From Chiloscyllium plagiosum (taxonomy: Eukaryota), in assembly GCF_004010195.1 (NCBI RefSeq), contig NC_057720.1, positions 8,147,883-8,211,882 of the forward strand: a stretch of DNA of 64,000 nt. The letters run 5' to 3'. The position numbers and the translations under genes were made by a program. Position 1 is the stretch's first letter. Each line of letters starts with the position of its first letter. Positions 39,831 to 52,327 of this stretch are shown here, one piece after another. The notes under the pieces are model-generated. The model had not been told where the DNA came from. It made no database searches and saw only the letters and a list, made by a program, of their open reading frames with translations.

Positions 39831-42074
39831 ATATAAAAATAATGTACACATTTGGGTGTCCAACTGAAATGTCGCATGCTATAGGCTAAAAGTTGGAATG
39901 TGGGAATATTCTGAATAGCTGCTTATTGGCCAGCATGACATGATGGGCTGAGTAGCCACTTTCAGTGCCATAAATGTGTAAAATTTCCCAGTTTCTACGA
40001 TACACCTGTAACACACAAAGACACAAGAGCATGCTCTTGTCATAAACGCTCGCCCACCCACCAAAAAGAACTGTAAAAGCTAAAGACTCCCAATCCAATC
40101 ACCATTTTTTCCAGCTACCATTTTGTTTTTTTTGCGATGCAAGGAACAGCTGGGTTTACTTAGTTAGTTTCCTGTTTTGGCAAAAAAATCAAACAAGCAG
40201 ATGTGCACACATTATTAATTATCCCTAATTTGCAATCGGAATCTAACAGAGAAAGTGAACCATAAGCATGACCACAGCAAGCCAGACTGCAATTGATTGC
40301 AAATGCTCCACATTACAAGGTTCAGATGAAGCTATAGGAGGCCAATGTTGAAACTTGTAGCATTACGGTGCAGTGATAGTGTCCTATCTCTGAGCCAGGT
40401 TGGCCAGAGGTCAAATCCCACCTGCTCCAGAGGTGCATGATAGCAGCTTTGAACAGGTTGTTTAGGGGAAAAAAAATCCAGCTGGTGGCATTAGACACAT
40501 TCAAGGTCAAGGTCTATACACAGGAATTGTCCTGGGACTTGGGATACAGTTCTCCAATTAAACACCATGAACTGTGTTGAACATATAATAAGAATTTAGT
40601 GCCCTCATTGTAAATAAAACTTATATGAAGTCATTGAGTTTGGGGTTAGGGTTACTGCTGTGTGAGATATTACAGGACTCAATGTGTCAAAGTCAAAAGG
40701 TGTGGCACTGGAAAAGCACAGCCAGTCAGGCATAAGCTCTTCCTCAGGAATGACTCGGATCTCCAGCATCTGCAGAACTCACTTTTTCCCCCTATGTTCA
40801 AAGCCAGTTTTGTCAATGACTTAAAAGAATAATTATTTTTGCTCTCCGTTTGAAATATCCGGCTATATTTACTTACGACATAACTCTATGACCATCAGAT
40901 ACTGAGGGAGAAAGCTGAACTTGGATGTCTAGCCAGAAGTACAGAAAAAATTAGAAATAGAAACAGGAGTAGGCCATTCAGCCCTTGACTATTCTATAAG
41001 ATCATGGCTGATCTGCTACAGACTTCAACTCCTCTTTTGTGTCAGCATCTCATAACACACAGTATCTCAATTTTTCAAAAATTCATCTACCTTCTCTTTA
41101 AATACTTTCAGTGATCTATGGACATTATTAGTTTCACAAAACTGCTCTGGTACTGTTTAATCCTGGTCAATTTATAATCCTATCAGGTCAACTACCACAA
41201 ACCCTTTCCCCTGTTTCTGACATCTCAGTCAACATGTTATAGTAAGCACTAGTTTTTCAAACCCTTATGCTGGTATACTGTGGGGAAAAATAAAGACGTG
41301 TTCAATCATTTTGTCAGGGAGGCCTCTTAACAAATTATTTTCCCACCTCACTGCTCACCCCAACAACACCTCGCTCAGTTGAAAATACCACAGCAGTTAC
41401 TTGCTTCAATAATTTTCTTCAGATACTGCTCAAAGTCCCCCTTGCTCTGATTAAAAAAGGGTGTGCAAAAATAGAACTCCATCCATACAGATCCAGATAT
41501 TAACGGCAAGAGCAGATTGATGTGATGGTAGCCTTACGATGAATTCCTTAGCCTCCCCATGCCCTCAGTACGGGGTGCCTTTCATCATGATATTGGATTG
41601 TGATCAGGAGAAGGCAAACAATTTAATGTGGCCTCTGGAAAACCCAACTTGAGCACTTTTGTATCTTCCAAAATGCACAGCTGACCCACTTTGATCAGGG
41701 GTTTTGCCTTTTTTCAAGTCTGGTTTCTCAGTGCATTGTGAGAGCTGTGAGATTTCGTTAGGAGCATACATGTTGAGGAATCAATTCGAATCATAGAAAA
41801 TAGGAGTAGGCCATTTGGCCTGTTCAGCCCGCACTGTCATTCAAATGGGTCATGGTTGATCATCCAACTCACTCCCCTGTTCCTGCTTTCTCCTCATAAT
41901 CCTTCGATCTCTTTAGCCCCAAGAACTAAATCTCATTCCTTGAACATTCAGGTCAGCACAACATCAAGGGCTGAAGGGCCTGTACTGTGCTGCACTGTTC
42001 TATGTTCTACGTTTAACATCTTTCTTATGGCAATGACACCAGAACTGAATGCAAGAAAAAGTCATATTTAGAGG

Positions 42075-42908
42075 TGAAGGCCTTGTGGTATTATCAGGAA
42101 GGAGAAAGTGAGGACTGCAGATCAGAGCTGAAAATGTGTTGCTGGAAAAGCGCAGCAGATCAGGCAGCATCCAAGGAGCAGGAGGATCGACGTTTCTGGC
42201 ATGAGCCCTTCTTCCTGATGAAGGACTCATGCCCGAAACGTTGATTCTCCTGCTCCTTGAATGCTGCCTGACCTGTGCTTTTTCAGCAACACATTTTACA
42301 GGTATTATCATAAGACTATTAATCCCAGACACCCAGGTAATGTCTGGGAACCTGAGTTCAACTCCTGCCAAGGTGGAATCTGAATTTAATAACAAATCTG
42401 AAATTAAAAGTCAAATGATAACTATGAACTGTTGTGCATTGTCAGAAAAACCCATCTGGTCCACTAATGTCCTTTAGGGAAGGAACCCACTGTTCTTACC
42501 TGGCTTGGTCTCCAGATGATTCCATTTCTGCAGCAATGGGATTAACTCCTAAGCTTTTTTAAAAATTCATTCACTGAATGTGGGTGTTGCTGGCTGAGCT
42601 AGCACTTATCACCCATCCTTAGTTGCCCCTGGAGAAGCTGCCTCCTTTCACTGCTGCGGTCCACCTGCTATGTGTTGACCCACAATGTATTGGGGAGGGA
42701 ATTCCAGGATTTTGACCCAGCAACAGTGAAGGAACGGTGATATAGTTCCAAGTGAGGATGGTGAATGTCTTGGAGGTGAATTTGCAGGTGGCAGATTTCC
42801 AATTATCTGTCACCTATGGCTTCTAGATGGAAAGACTAAACTGCCCTCTGGGCAATAAATGCTGGCCCAGCCAGTGATACCCACATCCCATGAGTGAACT
42901 TAAAAAAA
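42075..42908 (+). mobile_element. DeuSINE/SacSINE1-like SINE with nested inserts
   Basis: CCCATCTGGTCCACTAATGTCCTTTAGGGAAGGAA...CTTACCTGG body and GGGCAATAAATGCTGGCC tail. Confidence 0.62.
42097..42300. mobile_element. Fold-back PLE-derived mini-element with a hammerhead
   Basis: TSD GGTATTATCA at 42087-42096 and 42301-42310. The plus strand reads CTGATGA(42215)-A-GGACTCATGCCC-GAAA-C-GTT. Confidence 0.85.
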
Positions 42909-43614
42909 AGGACAGCTCTTCTAGCATTTATAAAGTTGCTTGTCCCAAACCAGCCAATGTCAAACTGAATCTTCACAAATTTTTGTTGGAATAAGTTGGT
43001 ACACAATCAATTTAATAAGCATCAGAAAGAGAAAATACATACTTTTGAAGACGTTTTGCATTGTGACCTATGTGGTAGCCATTTTCCAAGACTTGCAAGG
43101 TGTCCAAAGTGGATTAATTAAGGAATAATGAAGTGCAGGTGTGTGTTATTAGTAATTAATGTAGGCAGTGATTAGTTCAGCCCTTGACTACTGCACATCT
43201 TACTTGGAATGTCTATTTATAATGGCCTTGTTCTTTGCTCATTAGTGTAGATTTTGACAGTGCTGAAAGACGGAACATTTTTTGCATGCTAAGCACCTGT
43301 ACATCAGACTTGCTTCGGGTCAACATAAACACTTTGGACACTTTGCTGTACATGAATAAATGAGGCCCCGATGCAAAACCCTTGGCCTATTAGAGAAAAT
43401 CACCACCACAATTTCAAAATGATCTTGAAAGAAACAGCTCAGAAATTTGTCTCTCGTTTTGTAGCTGCTGGTTGTCAGAAGAGAATAAACAAACTAAATA
43501 TTATACTGAATTGGCAATGTTAAGATGGAACCCTGAGCTCCTCCAACTGCTTTGTACACTTCCTATAATGCTCTTGATAGTCTTTGGATGGCTGTGGTCT
43601 TCTCTCATAGAAAT

Positions 43615-43862
43615 GAACTGCATGGAGTTTGCACATTCTCCCCACGTCCACGTGGGTTTCCTCCCGGTGCTCTCGTTTCCCCCCACAGTCCAAAGGTTGG
43701 CTATGTTAAATTGTCCATAGTATCCAGGGATGTGCAGGCCATGGGCTTTGCAGGGTTAGAGGGCAGGATAAGGGTGTGGGTCTGGGTGGGCTGCTCTTTG
43801 GAGGGTTTGTGTAGGCGTAGGGGCCGAATGGCCTGCTTTCAAACTGTAAGAATCCTATGATT
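43615..43862 (+). mobile_element. 5'-truncated HE1/V-SINE-like SINE
   Basis: GGAGTTTGCACATTCTCCCCACGTC..CGTGGGTTTCCTC body. Confidence 0.75.
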
Positions 43863-43984
43863 CTAACTGCTTCACACGGAGCAAAGTCTTCCAGTCCAAA
43901 GCAACACTGACCATCAATACGCGGAAAGGTTATTGTGGGAGCGCAGTGTCATGGTGGTAAGGTCACTGGCATAGCAACTCAAAA

Positions 43985-44260
43985 TATTAGCTCAGTTGTT
44001 TGGATGACTGATTTGCAATGCAGACATGGGCTTCATTCCTGCTCTGGCTGAGGCTACCATGAATGAATCTCCTTCCCAACCTTTCCCCTCACCTGAGGCA
44101 TGGTGACCTTTAAGTTAGAACATCACCAGTCCTCTCTCTCTCCCTCTCTTCCTCTTTCCCCCTCTCTTTCCCCCTCTCTTTCCCCCTCTCTCTCTTTTTC
44201 CCCCTCTCTCTTTTCCCCAAGGAGACTGCAGGCCTATGGTTCTCTGGATCGATGACAAAT
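43985..44260 (+). mobile_element. Different tRNA-derived SINE with an expanded (CT)-rich tract
   Basis: Head TAGCTCAGTTG...GGGCTTCATTCCTG. Pyrimidine microsatellite at ~44130-44218. Confidence 0.55.
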
Positions 44261-44293
44261 TTACTGAGTAATCCAGAACCCCAGATGAAACAT

Positions 44294-44580
44294 GGGCGGC
44301 ACAGTGGTTAGCACTGTTGCCTCACAGCGCCAGAGACCCGGGTTCAATTCCCGCCTCAGGCGACTGACTGTGTGGAGTTTGTACGTTCTCCCCGTGTCTG
44401 CGTGGGTTTCCTCTGGGTGCTCCGGTTTCCTCCCACAGTCCAAAAACGTGCAGGTTAGGTGAATTGGCCATGCTAAATTGCCCGAAGCGTTAGGTGTAGG
44501 GGAATGGGTGTGTTTGTGGGTCGGTGTGGACTTATTGGGCCGAAGGGCCTGTTTCCACACTCTAAGTAATCTAATCTAAT
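44294..44580 (+). mobile_element. Young HE1/V-SINE-like SINE
   Basis: GGGCGGCACAGTGGTTAGC...GGTTCAATTCCCG head and (AATCT)n tail. Confidence 0.9.
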
Positions 44581-44950
44581 CTCCAGAGGGGCTGGTATCC
44601 CATCACCATGTCACCCTTCCTTTACATGTGGCAAGTCCTTGACACTGATCCAGCTCCCAGATGAACAGAACCTCTGACATGCCTGTTTATTATTTTTAAA
44701 ATATTCCCCCATGCTATTGCCCAGCAGTGGTAGTGTTTATTTTACCCCAGCAACCACGTTGTGTGTGTGTGTGTGCAGCTGTAGGACATGGTGAAGAACA
44801 ACACGTATGTAAATCTTTATTTGCGTTCCACCACCAGACACTTATGTTTATATCTGTCAGCTAGGGCTCCGATTAGATGAAACTAACAGCCCCAATGCCC
44901 TGAACTCATAATTTCTAAGTTCCACCTAGCTGACCTCATTACAATCATTA
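44581..44950 (-). mobile_element. Possible solo LTR with a nested insert (~44690-44845)
   Basis: The minus strand begins TAATGATTGTAATGAGGTCAGC and carries a TATA-like GATATAAAC followed by a degenerate polyA region. TGTTTAT flanks the nested insert. Termini are degenerate and the family call is from memory. Confidence 0.4.
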
Positions 44951-45117
44951 GCCAAGCTAATGTTTTGAGCTATGGGTTCAAATCTCAAATGGCAGATGGT
45001 GAAAGTTGAATTTAATAACTTAAAATTTTGGAGTTAAAGACCCATCTAGTTCAACAGTGTCTTTTTGAAAAGGAAGTCTGCCATCCTTATTTTGTCTGGC
45101 CTACATGTGACTTCAGA

Positions 45118-45321
45118 GTCAAAAAATGTGGTGCTGGAAAAGCAGTCAGCCAGGCAGCATCTGAGAAGCAGGAGACTAGATGTTTCGAGCATAAGCTCCT
45201 GATGAAGAGCTAATTTTCAAAGTGTCAACTCTCCTGCTCCCCAGATGCTGCCTGACCTGCTGTGCTTTCGCAGTGCCACACATTTTGACTCTGATCCCAG
45301 CATCTGCAGTCCTCACTTCCT
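45118..45321. mobile_element. Fold-back PLE-derived mini-element inside a SacSINE1-like SINE
   Basis: 18-bp TSD CCTACATGTGACTTCAGA at 45100-45117 and 45322-45339. Confidence 0.86.
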
Positions 45322-45774
45322 CCTACATGTGACTTCAGATCCACAACAATGTGGTTGTCTCGAACCAATCTTTAAAACAGACCTAATGAGCCATTCAATC
45401 AAAAGACAACAAGGGATGGGCAATAAATTCTGGCCCAGATAGTAATGCCTACAATTTTTTAAACTCTTTTTTTTTTAACTCTTTTTTTTTAACTTGTGGG
45501 TGTCTCTAGCTGGTTATCATTTATTGCCTGTCCCTAGTTGGGGAGGTGGGGGTGACCTGCCTTGAACTGCTGCAGTTCATGTGTTGTAAATAGACCGGCA
45601 ATGCGCTGAGGGAGGGGATATCACGAACAAATTAAAAATTAATAGGGAAACTACTCCAGTCTAGTTTAACCAGCTCTGCGATTTTCCATTGACCTCCTCC
45701 ATGCACTGACAGCATGCCTTTCCTTCCATCACCCAAGGTGGTTAAAGGCATTATTTCCAAAACAGGGCCACACG

Positions 45775-46146
45775 CAAACTAGAGAAACAGCACCTCGTAA
45801 TCCTCCTCGGGAGCTTACGGCTCAATGGCCATCTTCAAAATCTCCCCACTCCCACTCCCAATCGCATCTCATGTCTAGCCCTTCCTCAACTCCCCGCCTC
45901 TCTGACCTCTTCTAACCTGTTCATCTTATTTCCCACCTATTTGTTCCACTCTTCCCAAAGACCAATCACAATAACTCCCTACCTGCATCCACCTATTGCC
46001 ATACCACCTACCTTTCCCCCAGCCCCTCCCTCTACTTATTTCCCAACTCCTCTCCCCCTCCCTAACCCTGATGAAGGGTCCGAACTTGAAACATCAACTC
46101 TCCTGCTCCTCTAGTAATGATCTGCTGTGCCTTTCCAGCTCCACAT
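45775..46146 (+). mobile_element. Old PLE pseudo-LTR fragment
   Basis: C-rich pLTR body and a decayed CTGATGAAGGGTCC..CTTGAAACATC. Confidence 0.62.
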
Positions 46147-46162
46147 TCCATCCATTCCATTT

Positions 46163-46790
46163 TTAGATTAGATTAGATTCCCTACAGTGTGGAAACAGGC
46201 CCTTCAGCCCAACAAGTCCACACCAACCCTCCAAAGAGTAACCCACCCCCCACTGACTAATGCACCTAACAACTATGGACAATTTAACATGGACAGTTCA
46301 CCTGACCTGCACATCTTTGGATTGTGGGAGGGAATCAGAGCACCCAGAGGAAACCCACACAGAAACGGGGAGAATGTGCAAACTCCAGACAGTCGCCTGA
46401 GGCTGGAATTGAACCTGGGACCCTGGTGCTGTGAGGCAGCAGTGCTAACCACTGAGCCACTATGCCGCCCCTTGTGGAATCACAGAATCCCTACAGTGTG
46501 GAAACAGGCCCTTCAGTCCAACAAGTCCACACCGACACTCTGAAGAGCAACCCACCCAGACCCATGCTCCTACATTTATCCCTTCACCTAACACTACAGG
46601 CAATTTAGCACGGCCAATTCACCTGACCTGCGCGTTTTTGGACTGTGGGAGGAAACCGGAGCACCCGGAGGAAACCCATGCAGACACTGGGAGAATGTGC
46701 AAACTCCACACAGGCAGTTGTCTGAGGTGGGAATTGAACCTGGGTCTCCGGGTGAGGCAGCAGTGCTAACCACTGTGCTCTAACCACCGT
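46163..46790 (-). mobile_element. Two head-to-tail HE1/V-SINE-like SINEs
   Basis: Copies at ~46163-46470 and ~46478-46790, each with a tRNA head and tail. Confidence 0.88.
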
Positions 46791-47129
46791 GATCTAACTG
46801 GTAGACCTCCCAATGTTTACTGCTCACAGCTACAGTGGGGTAAGACCTTTTGGGGACTGACCAGGTTTCTGGACTCAGCGAAGTTTCCAAGGCCATTCAG
46901 CCTGCGGCCGAAGCAAGCATTCCCATCAGTGTGGACAGTCCACTGACTAAGCCTGCAGATGGGCTTGAAGAATCCTGTCTCGCCACGGACAAGACTTTGC
47001 TTGGCTCTGTGACTACGCACACACCGCATAAATAAACAAACAACTGACACAAACAGTGCTGAGGCATAAAATTATAAATAGCTCAGGTAAATCAGTGACA
47101 CTGCTTCAAGATAAACTACATTTTACATT

Positions 47130-47780
47130 TCATGCGACACATTATAGGGAAGATGTGAACACACTGGAGAGAGTGCAGAAGCGCTTTACTGGAATGGTTC
47201 CACGAATGAAAACCCTCAGTTATGAGGATAGATTGAAGAAGTTGAGAATGTTTTCCCTGGAGAGAGGGCTAAGAGGAGATTTGAGAGAGGTTTTCAAAAT
47301 CAAAAATGGTTGAGATGGAATGCATACAGTCAAGCTGATCCCACTGGTAAAAGAACAAAGAGTGAGAGGGCATGGATTTAAAGTGATGTGCAAACAAAGC
47401 AAGGGCAATGTGAGAGAAAAAAATCTTTTCACCCAGCAAGTGGTGAAGGTATGGAGTGTACTGCCTGGAAGTGTGGTGGAGGCAGGTTCAATTGAGGCAT
47501 TGAAGAAGATATTGGATGACTGGACGAGTGAATTACTACAGATGCTGGAATCTACAGAAAACACAAAATGCTGGAGATTACAGCGGGTCAGGCATCATCC
47601 ACGGAGAGAAAACAAGCTAATGTTTAGTCTTGATAACTCTTCATCTTTGGATGATTATTTGAATAGAAGTAGTGGGCAGGGAAATGGGGAAAAGGCTGGA
47701 GATTGGCATTGGCTAGCAGAACTGGTGTAGCTACTAAGTGCTGAATGGCCTCCTTTACACCAGACCAATTCTGTGATCTC
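47130..47780 (+). mobile_element. CR1 3' fragment with a small PLE-derived insert (~47520-47646)
   Basis: Peptide LERVQKRFTGMVPRMKTLSYEDRL. TTGGATGA flanks the insert. Confidence 0.78.
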
Positions 47781-49399
47781 CCATTTCTATGGAAAGGCAA
47801 ATTGAGGATGGTATTTCTTAATCAACCTGTTCAGACATGTTATGACATATCTCTGGAGCATGTGGGAGTTTAACAATATCCTCCTAGCTCGGAAGTAATC
47901 GCAATACCATTGTGCCGAAAGAGTCCTATGCTTTCAGTATGCAATGGTGGAGGAATTATCGAACAAATTCTTGGCTGGCATCATGATAGCAATCTCTGAG
48001 TTAAATTCAGATAATAGAGAAGACTGTGATAAATTGTCTGTAGTGTTCAGAAATGTACAGGCTAGATGGGTTAGCCATGGGAAATATAAGGTCACAGGGG
48101 CGTGGGTATAGGTGGGATGCTCTTTGGAGGATTGATGTAGACTCAATGGGCTGAATAGCCTGCCTCCACATTATTGGAATTCTATGATTCTACCTGCTGC
48201 AACGAAGAGAATGAGAGTGAATGGGCACAAGATTGGGCAAATTATCCAGGGAATGCAGGCTGAATCTGAAATGAAAAGCTGGTGTTCGAAAAAGTGACCG
48301 AGAAGTTGTCCAACTCTTAGAAAGCCCCTCAGTTGGGTCACTGACACCCTATTGTGAAGGACAACTGATCCTCCTTGCCTGGTGTGACTCCAGCCAAACA
48401 AACCAACCTGCTTGACTCAAATCTCCTGAGAAGACCTCAAGCCTATACTTCAAGCTATTGGTCTGTCTCCAGTTTCTGTTGGACAGATGGATAACAAGCA
48501 TCGTCCTTTCCAGCAATAGCCACTTTGTGGAAATGTGCTTTCCTGCTTCAGAAAAAGAACTCATGTCACCCTTTTGAGTTAGTGATTTTTTTCACAGTCA
48601 CGGTCTGCGAGAATATAATCCACTGTGCTCAGTCAAGGCAGAAGATAACATTTCAAAATGCTTGGGAACTGGACTCTTTTCATGGAACGCTGTAAGACTG
48701 GGGCTGTTCCAAATAACACAAAAGCCTGCCTTCAAATATTGCCCTGGCTGAGACTTGTTGAAATAAATGATGCTGTCAGGCGGTATTTGCCTGGGACGAT
48801 GCTAAAAGCAACAACAACTTATTTCATTTGGTGACACTTGACTGTCATCAGCACAAGATTGCTCTTGCCCTATTGACGGAGCTGGAATCAAATTCTGCTC
48901 CCGAGAGGCTAACACAATACCACATACTCTGCTCTCTGCTGTGCCTTATGGGTCATTAACAAGCAATAAAAAAGAAAGGCCAGCAAACCTACCTTTCCAG
49001 ACTAACCTTACTGGACGTTACAGCAATATTTGATATCGTTTAGATTTATATCAGTGAGGTCTTACCAGCTAAGCTAACCAATAATAGCTCAAGAGACTAT
49101 AAAGAAGAGATGGTTGCAGGGAAATGGTGTGGTCTGATCTGAAGTAAGTGAGTTCAAATCTACAAAGGCCAGTGCAATTATTTTTGGTCAGGTTGTGTAT
49201 AAGGCTGCTCCAGCTCAAGACTGTGAACTTCAATAGGTTTTATTCAGTCTAACAGTATTTACAGACAGGGTAAGGGAGGGCACCATTGGGAGCATTACCC
49301 ATTCGAGTCCTTCTTCCCTCTTACCAGATGTCATCATGAAATCACTGGTGGCAGAGTCCATTATTACTATTAAATGTATAAACCCCCTCATACATTTTA

Positions 49400-50390
49400 A
49401 AAATTTCATTCACAGGATGTGGGCGTCGCTGGCTGAGCCAGCATTTTTTGTCTGTCCCTAGTTGCCCTTGAGAAGGTGGTAGTGAACTGTCTCCTTGAAC
49501 CACTGAAGTCCACCTGTTGTGGGTTGACTCACAATGTTGTCATTCAGGAAGTTCCTAGGTTTTGACCCAGTGACACTGAAGGAATGCTGATATATTTCCA
49601 AGTCAGGATGGAAGAGAACTTTCAGGTGGTGGTGTTCCACCTGGGCACCCTAGAGCCCAGAGGACTCAACATTAAATTCTCCAATTTCAAATAACCTCCC
49701 TTCCCATCCCCCACCTCCCTTCCCAGCCCGTCCCCTTCCTTTCCACCGCTCCCTGCCACCAACCGGATTCATTCCTCCCATTGACCAACCAGGTCATACC
49801 CTCTACCTGTCTTCACCTATCCCCACTTCACCACCCTGCCCCCACCACCCCCTTTTTCTGCAGCTCCTCCCCAGCAACCCCCAGTCCTGAAGAAGGGTTA
49901 CACCCGAAACGTTGACTTCTGTACCCCCTGATGCTTCCTGGCTTGCTGTGTTCTTCCAACCCCCTGCCTGTCTACTTGATTTTCTAAATGGCAGTGGACA
50001 TATGTGTGGAAGTTGCCAAAAAGTGTGGTGCTGGAAAAGCACAGTCAGTCAGGCAGCATCCAAGGAGCAGGAGAGTCAATGTTTTGAGCATAAGCTCTTC
50101 ATCAGGAATGTGTGGAAGTTGTTGTCTAAGGAGATTTGATGAATTTCTGCAGTGCATCTTGGAGATGGTAAACTCCACTGCTACTAAATGTCAGTGATGA
50201 GGGAGTGGATGCTCGTGGATGTGGTGTCAATCAAGTGAGGACTGCTTTGTCCTGGATGGTGTCAAGCTTCTCGAATGTTGTTGGGGTTGCACCCATTCAG
50301 GTAAGTGGGGAGTATTCCGTCACACTCCTGACTTCTGCCTTGTTTATGGTGGACAGGCTTTGGGGAAACCAGGAAGTGAGTTACTCAGTT
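49400..50390 (-). mobile_element. CR1/L2-group LINE 3' fragment containing two PLE-derived inserts
   Basis: Antisense tail GTTGCCCTTGAGAAGGTGG. Inserts lie at ~49638-49980 and 50016-50107; the second has TSD ATGTGTGGAAGTTG at 50002-50015 and 50108-50121. Confidence 0.75.
49883..49917 (+). ncRNA. Minimal type I hammerhead ribozyme motif (best-paired copy in the window)
   Basis: AGTC | CTGAAGA | A | GGGT-TAC-ACCC | GAAA | C GTT | GACT. Stems I and II are perfect 4-bp helices. Confidence 0.75.
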
Positions 50391-51224
50391 AGTACAATCG
50401 CCAGGGTGGAAAACACCATCCCCAGAGCTGTGTTGCAGTCATCAATAAACAAATTCCTCAATCTGAAGCTTCACAGACTCTATGACTCTTGTCAACAAAT
50501 CTTCCACCTTTCACCATTAAATACCAACTGTCTTTGTTCCACCTTGTGCTCACACAGTGTGTATTTTCTTCACTTTTAATCTGTGATAGAGGAAGGAATC
50601 CTTGGAATGATTGATATCCTATAGACCTTTTGTGATTGATGCTTCAGGTCCCCCTCTCAGTGACTTCTCCAGAAACTGCAGGACTCATGCCATCAGACCA
50701 TTCTCAATGACAGCATCTCGTATCTCAATTACACTGTTCCTGAAGTTGCTATTTCCACCTGGACAGAGGCTGCTTGCATTGCTTCCTTCAAAAAAGACAG
50801 CTTAGCAGTGCTCGGACTTTTTCAAGATTGGAATATGTTTGAAGCCGAGATCATTGAAGTCTGTTCAGGCTGATTGTCTTTGTTTGCACAAACAACAACT
50901 GGTATATATACTGGCTTCATTCCTGTGGGTGGAGGAAGGAGAGGTGATCTCATTGAAATGCAAAGCATTAGGAAGGGGCTTGTCTGATGCTGAGCATTTG
51001 ATTCTGTAGGATGGGCTCACTGTGCTGCTCATGATGAAAATTACTGCCACACTCCTCTTTAAAGGTTAGAAACAATAGGGCCTCCAAGATCTTGTATAGG
51101 AGAGGAAAACAGGAGGAGAAAGTGAGGACTGCATCTACAACATCCTTCTCAGGGGCAACTAGAGACAGTCAAATAAATGCAGGACAGCCAGCACTGCCCA
51201 CAACCCAGGGGACAATAAAAACGT

Positions 51225-51780
51225 ATCCTTGTTTAAGCACAAGATCACTCCATTTCTCTGAGCTTCCTGGTGTCCCGTAATTCATGGAGTAATCTCTTAC
51301 CCTGTCCCTTCTTCCAAAGTGCATCCCATCACATTTATCACAGTTCAATTCCATCTGCAACTGATCTGCCCAACTACCAATCCGCTTATTTGCTCCTGTA
51401 ATCTAGCACCTTTATTCTCACTGTCAACCATTCAGCCAATCATTGTGTTATTCACAAACTTACATATCATCCTCCCCACATACTCATCTACATCATTCAT
51501 AAATATCATGAACAATAACGGACTCAGTACTAATCCCTGTGACACTCCACTGCACACTGGGCTCCAGTCACACAAACAGCCTTCTACCACCACCCTGGGT
51601 CTCTTGTCACCAAGCCATCTTTGGATTCAACTTGTCAAGTTACTATGGATCCCATGAACTTTTACCTTTTTTATCAGTTTCCCATGTGGGACCATGTTAA
51701 AGGCCTTGCTAAAGTCTATATCAAATACATCAGTGCCACATGCAAATAATTGGTTACCTCCTCAAGAAATGCCACCAGAT
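51225..51780 (-). mobile_element. Old CR1 RT fragment
   Basis: Peptide MQMELNCDKCDGMHFGR. Confidence 0.72.
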
Positions 51781-52016
51781 ATGTTCAGTTGAAACATGGC
51801 GATGGGGCATTAGAAATGGAAAGTGTTGCAGGACTTAGATCCAGTGTACATCGGTGAACAGAGAGGTGGTTGGCGAAGGAGACTGGTATGAGTTCAGGCA
51901 AAGATGATAGAATTTTGGATGAGATCAGGCCATGCACCACCCCACATGACTGGAAAAAGACGGCATCTCTCTGGATTCATAGCCAGATGTAATTCTGGAA
52001 TTATTCCTATTGTAGC

Positions 52017-52327
52017 TGGTGGCTCAGTGGTTAGCTGCTATCTCACAGTGCCAGAGACCCAGGTTTGATTTCACCCTCAGACGACTGTGTGAAGTTTGCA
52101 CATCCTCTGGGTTTCTTCTGGGAGCTCCGGTGTCCTCCCACAGTCCAAAGATGTGCAGGTTAGGGTCAATTGGCCATGCTAAATCGCCTGTAGTGTGCAG
52201 GGTAGGTGGATTAGCCATGGAAAATGCAAGGTTACAGGGATGGGGTGGGTCTGGGTGGGATGCTCTTCAGAGGATCAGTGTGGACTTGCTGGGCCAAATG
52301 CCCTGCTTCCACACTGTAGGGATTCAA
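52017..52327 (+). mobile_element. HE1/V-SINE-like SINE
   Basis: TGGTGGCTCAGTGGTTAGC head followed by a V-domain-like body. Confidence 0.85.

Noticed and set aside
39886..40030. Strong minus-strand splice acceptor TTTGTGTGTTACAG followed by VYRRNWEILHIYG
   Set aside because: The reading frame runs straight into an antisense CR1/SINE tail remnant, with no clear donor and no recognisable protein.
3160..45321. Inverted-repeat elements as DNA transposons or miRNA hairpins
   Set aside because: There is no transposase and TSD length varies. An asymmetric tail and GIY-YIG/pLTR homology identify them as Penelope-like retroelement products.
48598..48697. Plus-strand exon-like segment (TTTTTTTCACAG ... 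GTAAGA)
   Set aside because: The open frames match no known protein, the donor context is weak, and no partner exons were found.
50390..51060. Coding-looking segment (e.g. RPFVIDASG, reminiscent of Gypsy RNase H)
   Set aside because: There are multiple stops in all frames and no further RT or RNase H motifs, so it cannot be assigned without a search.
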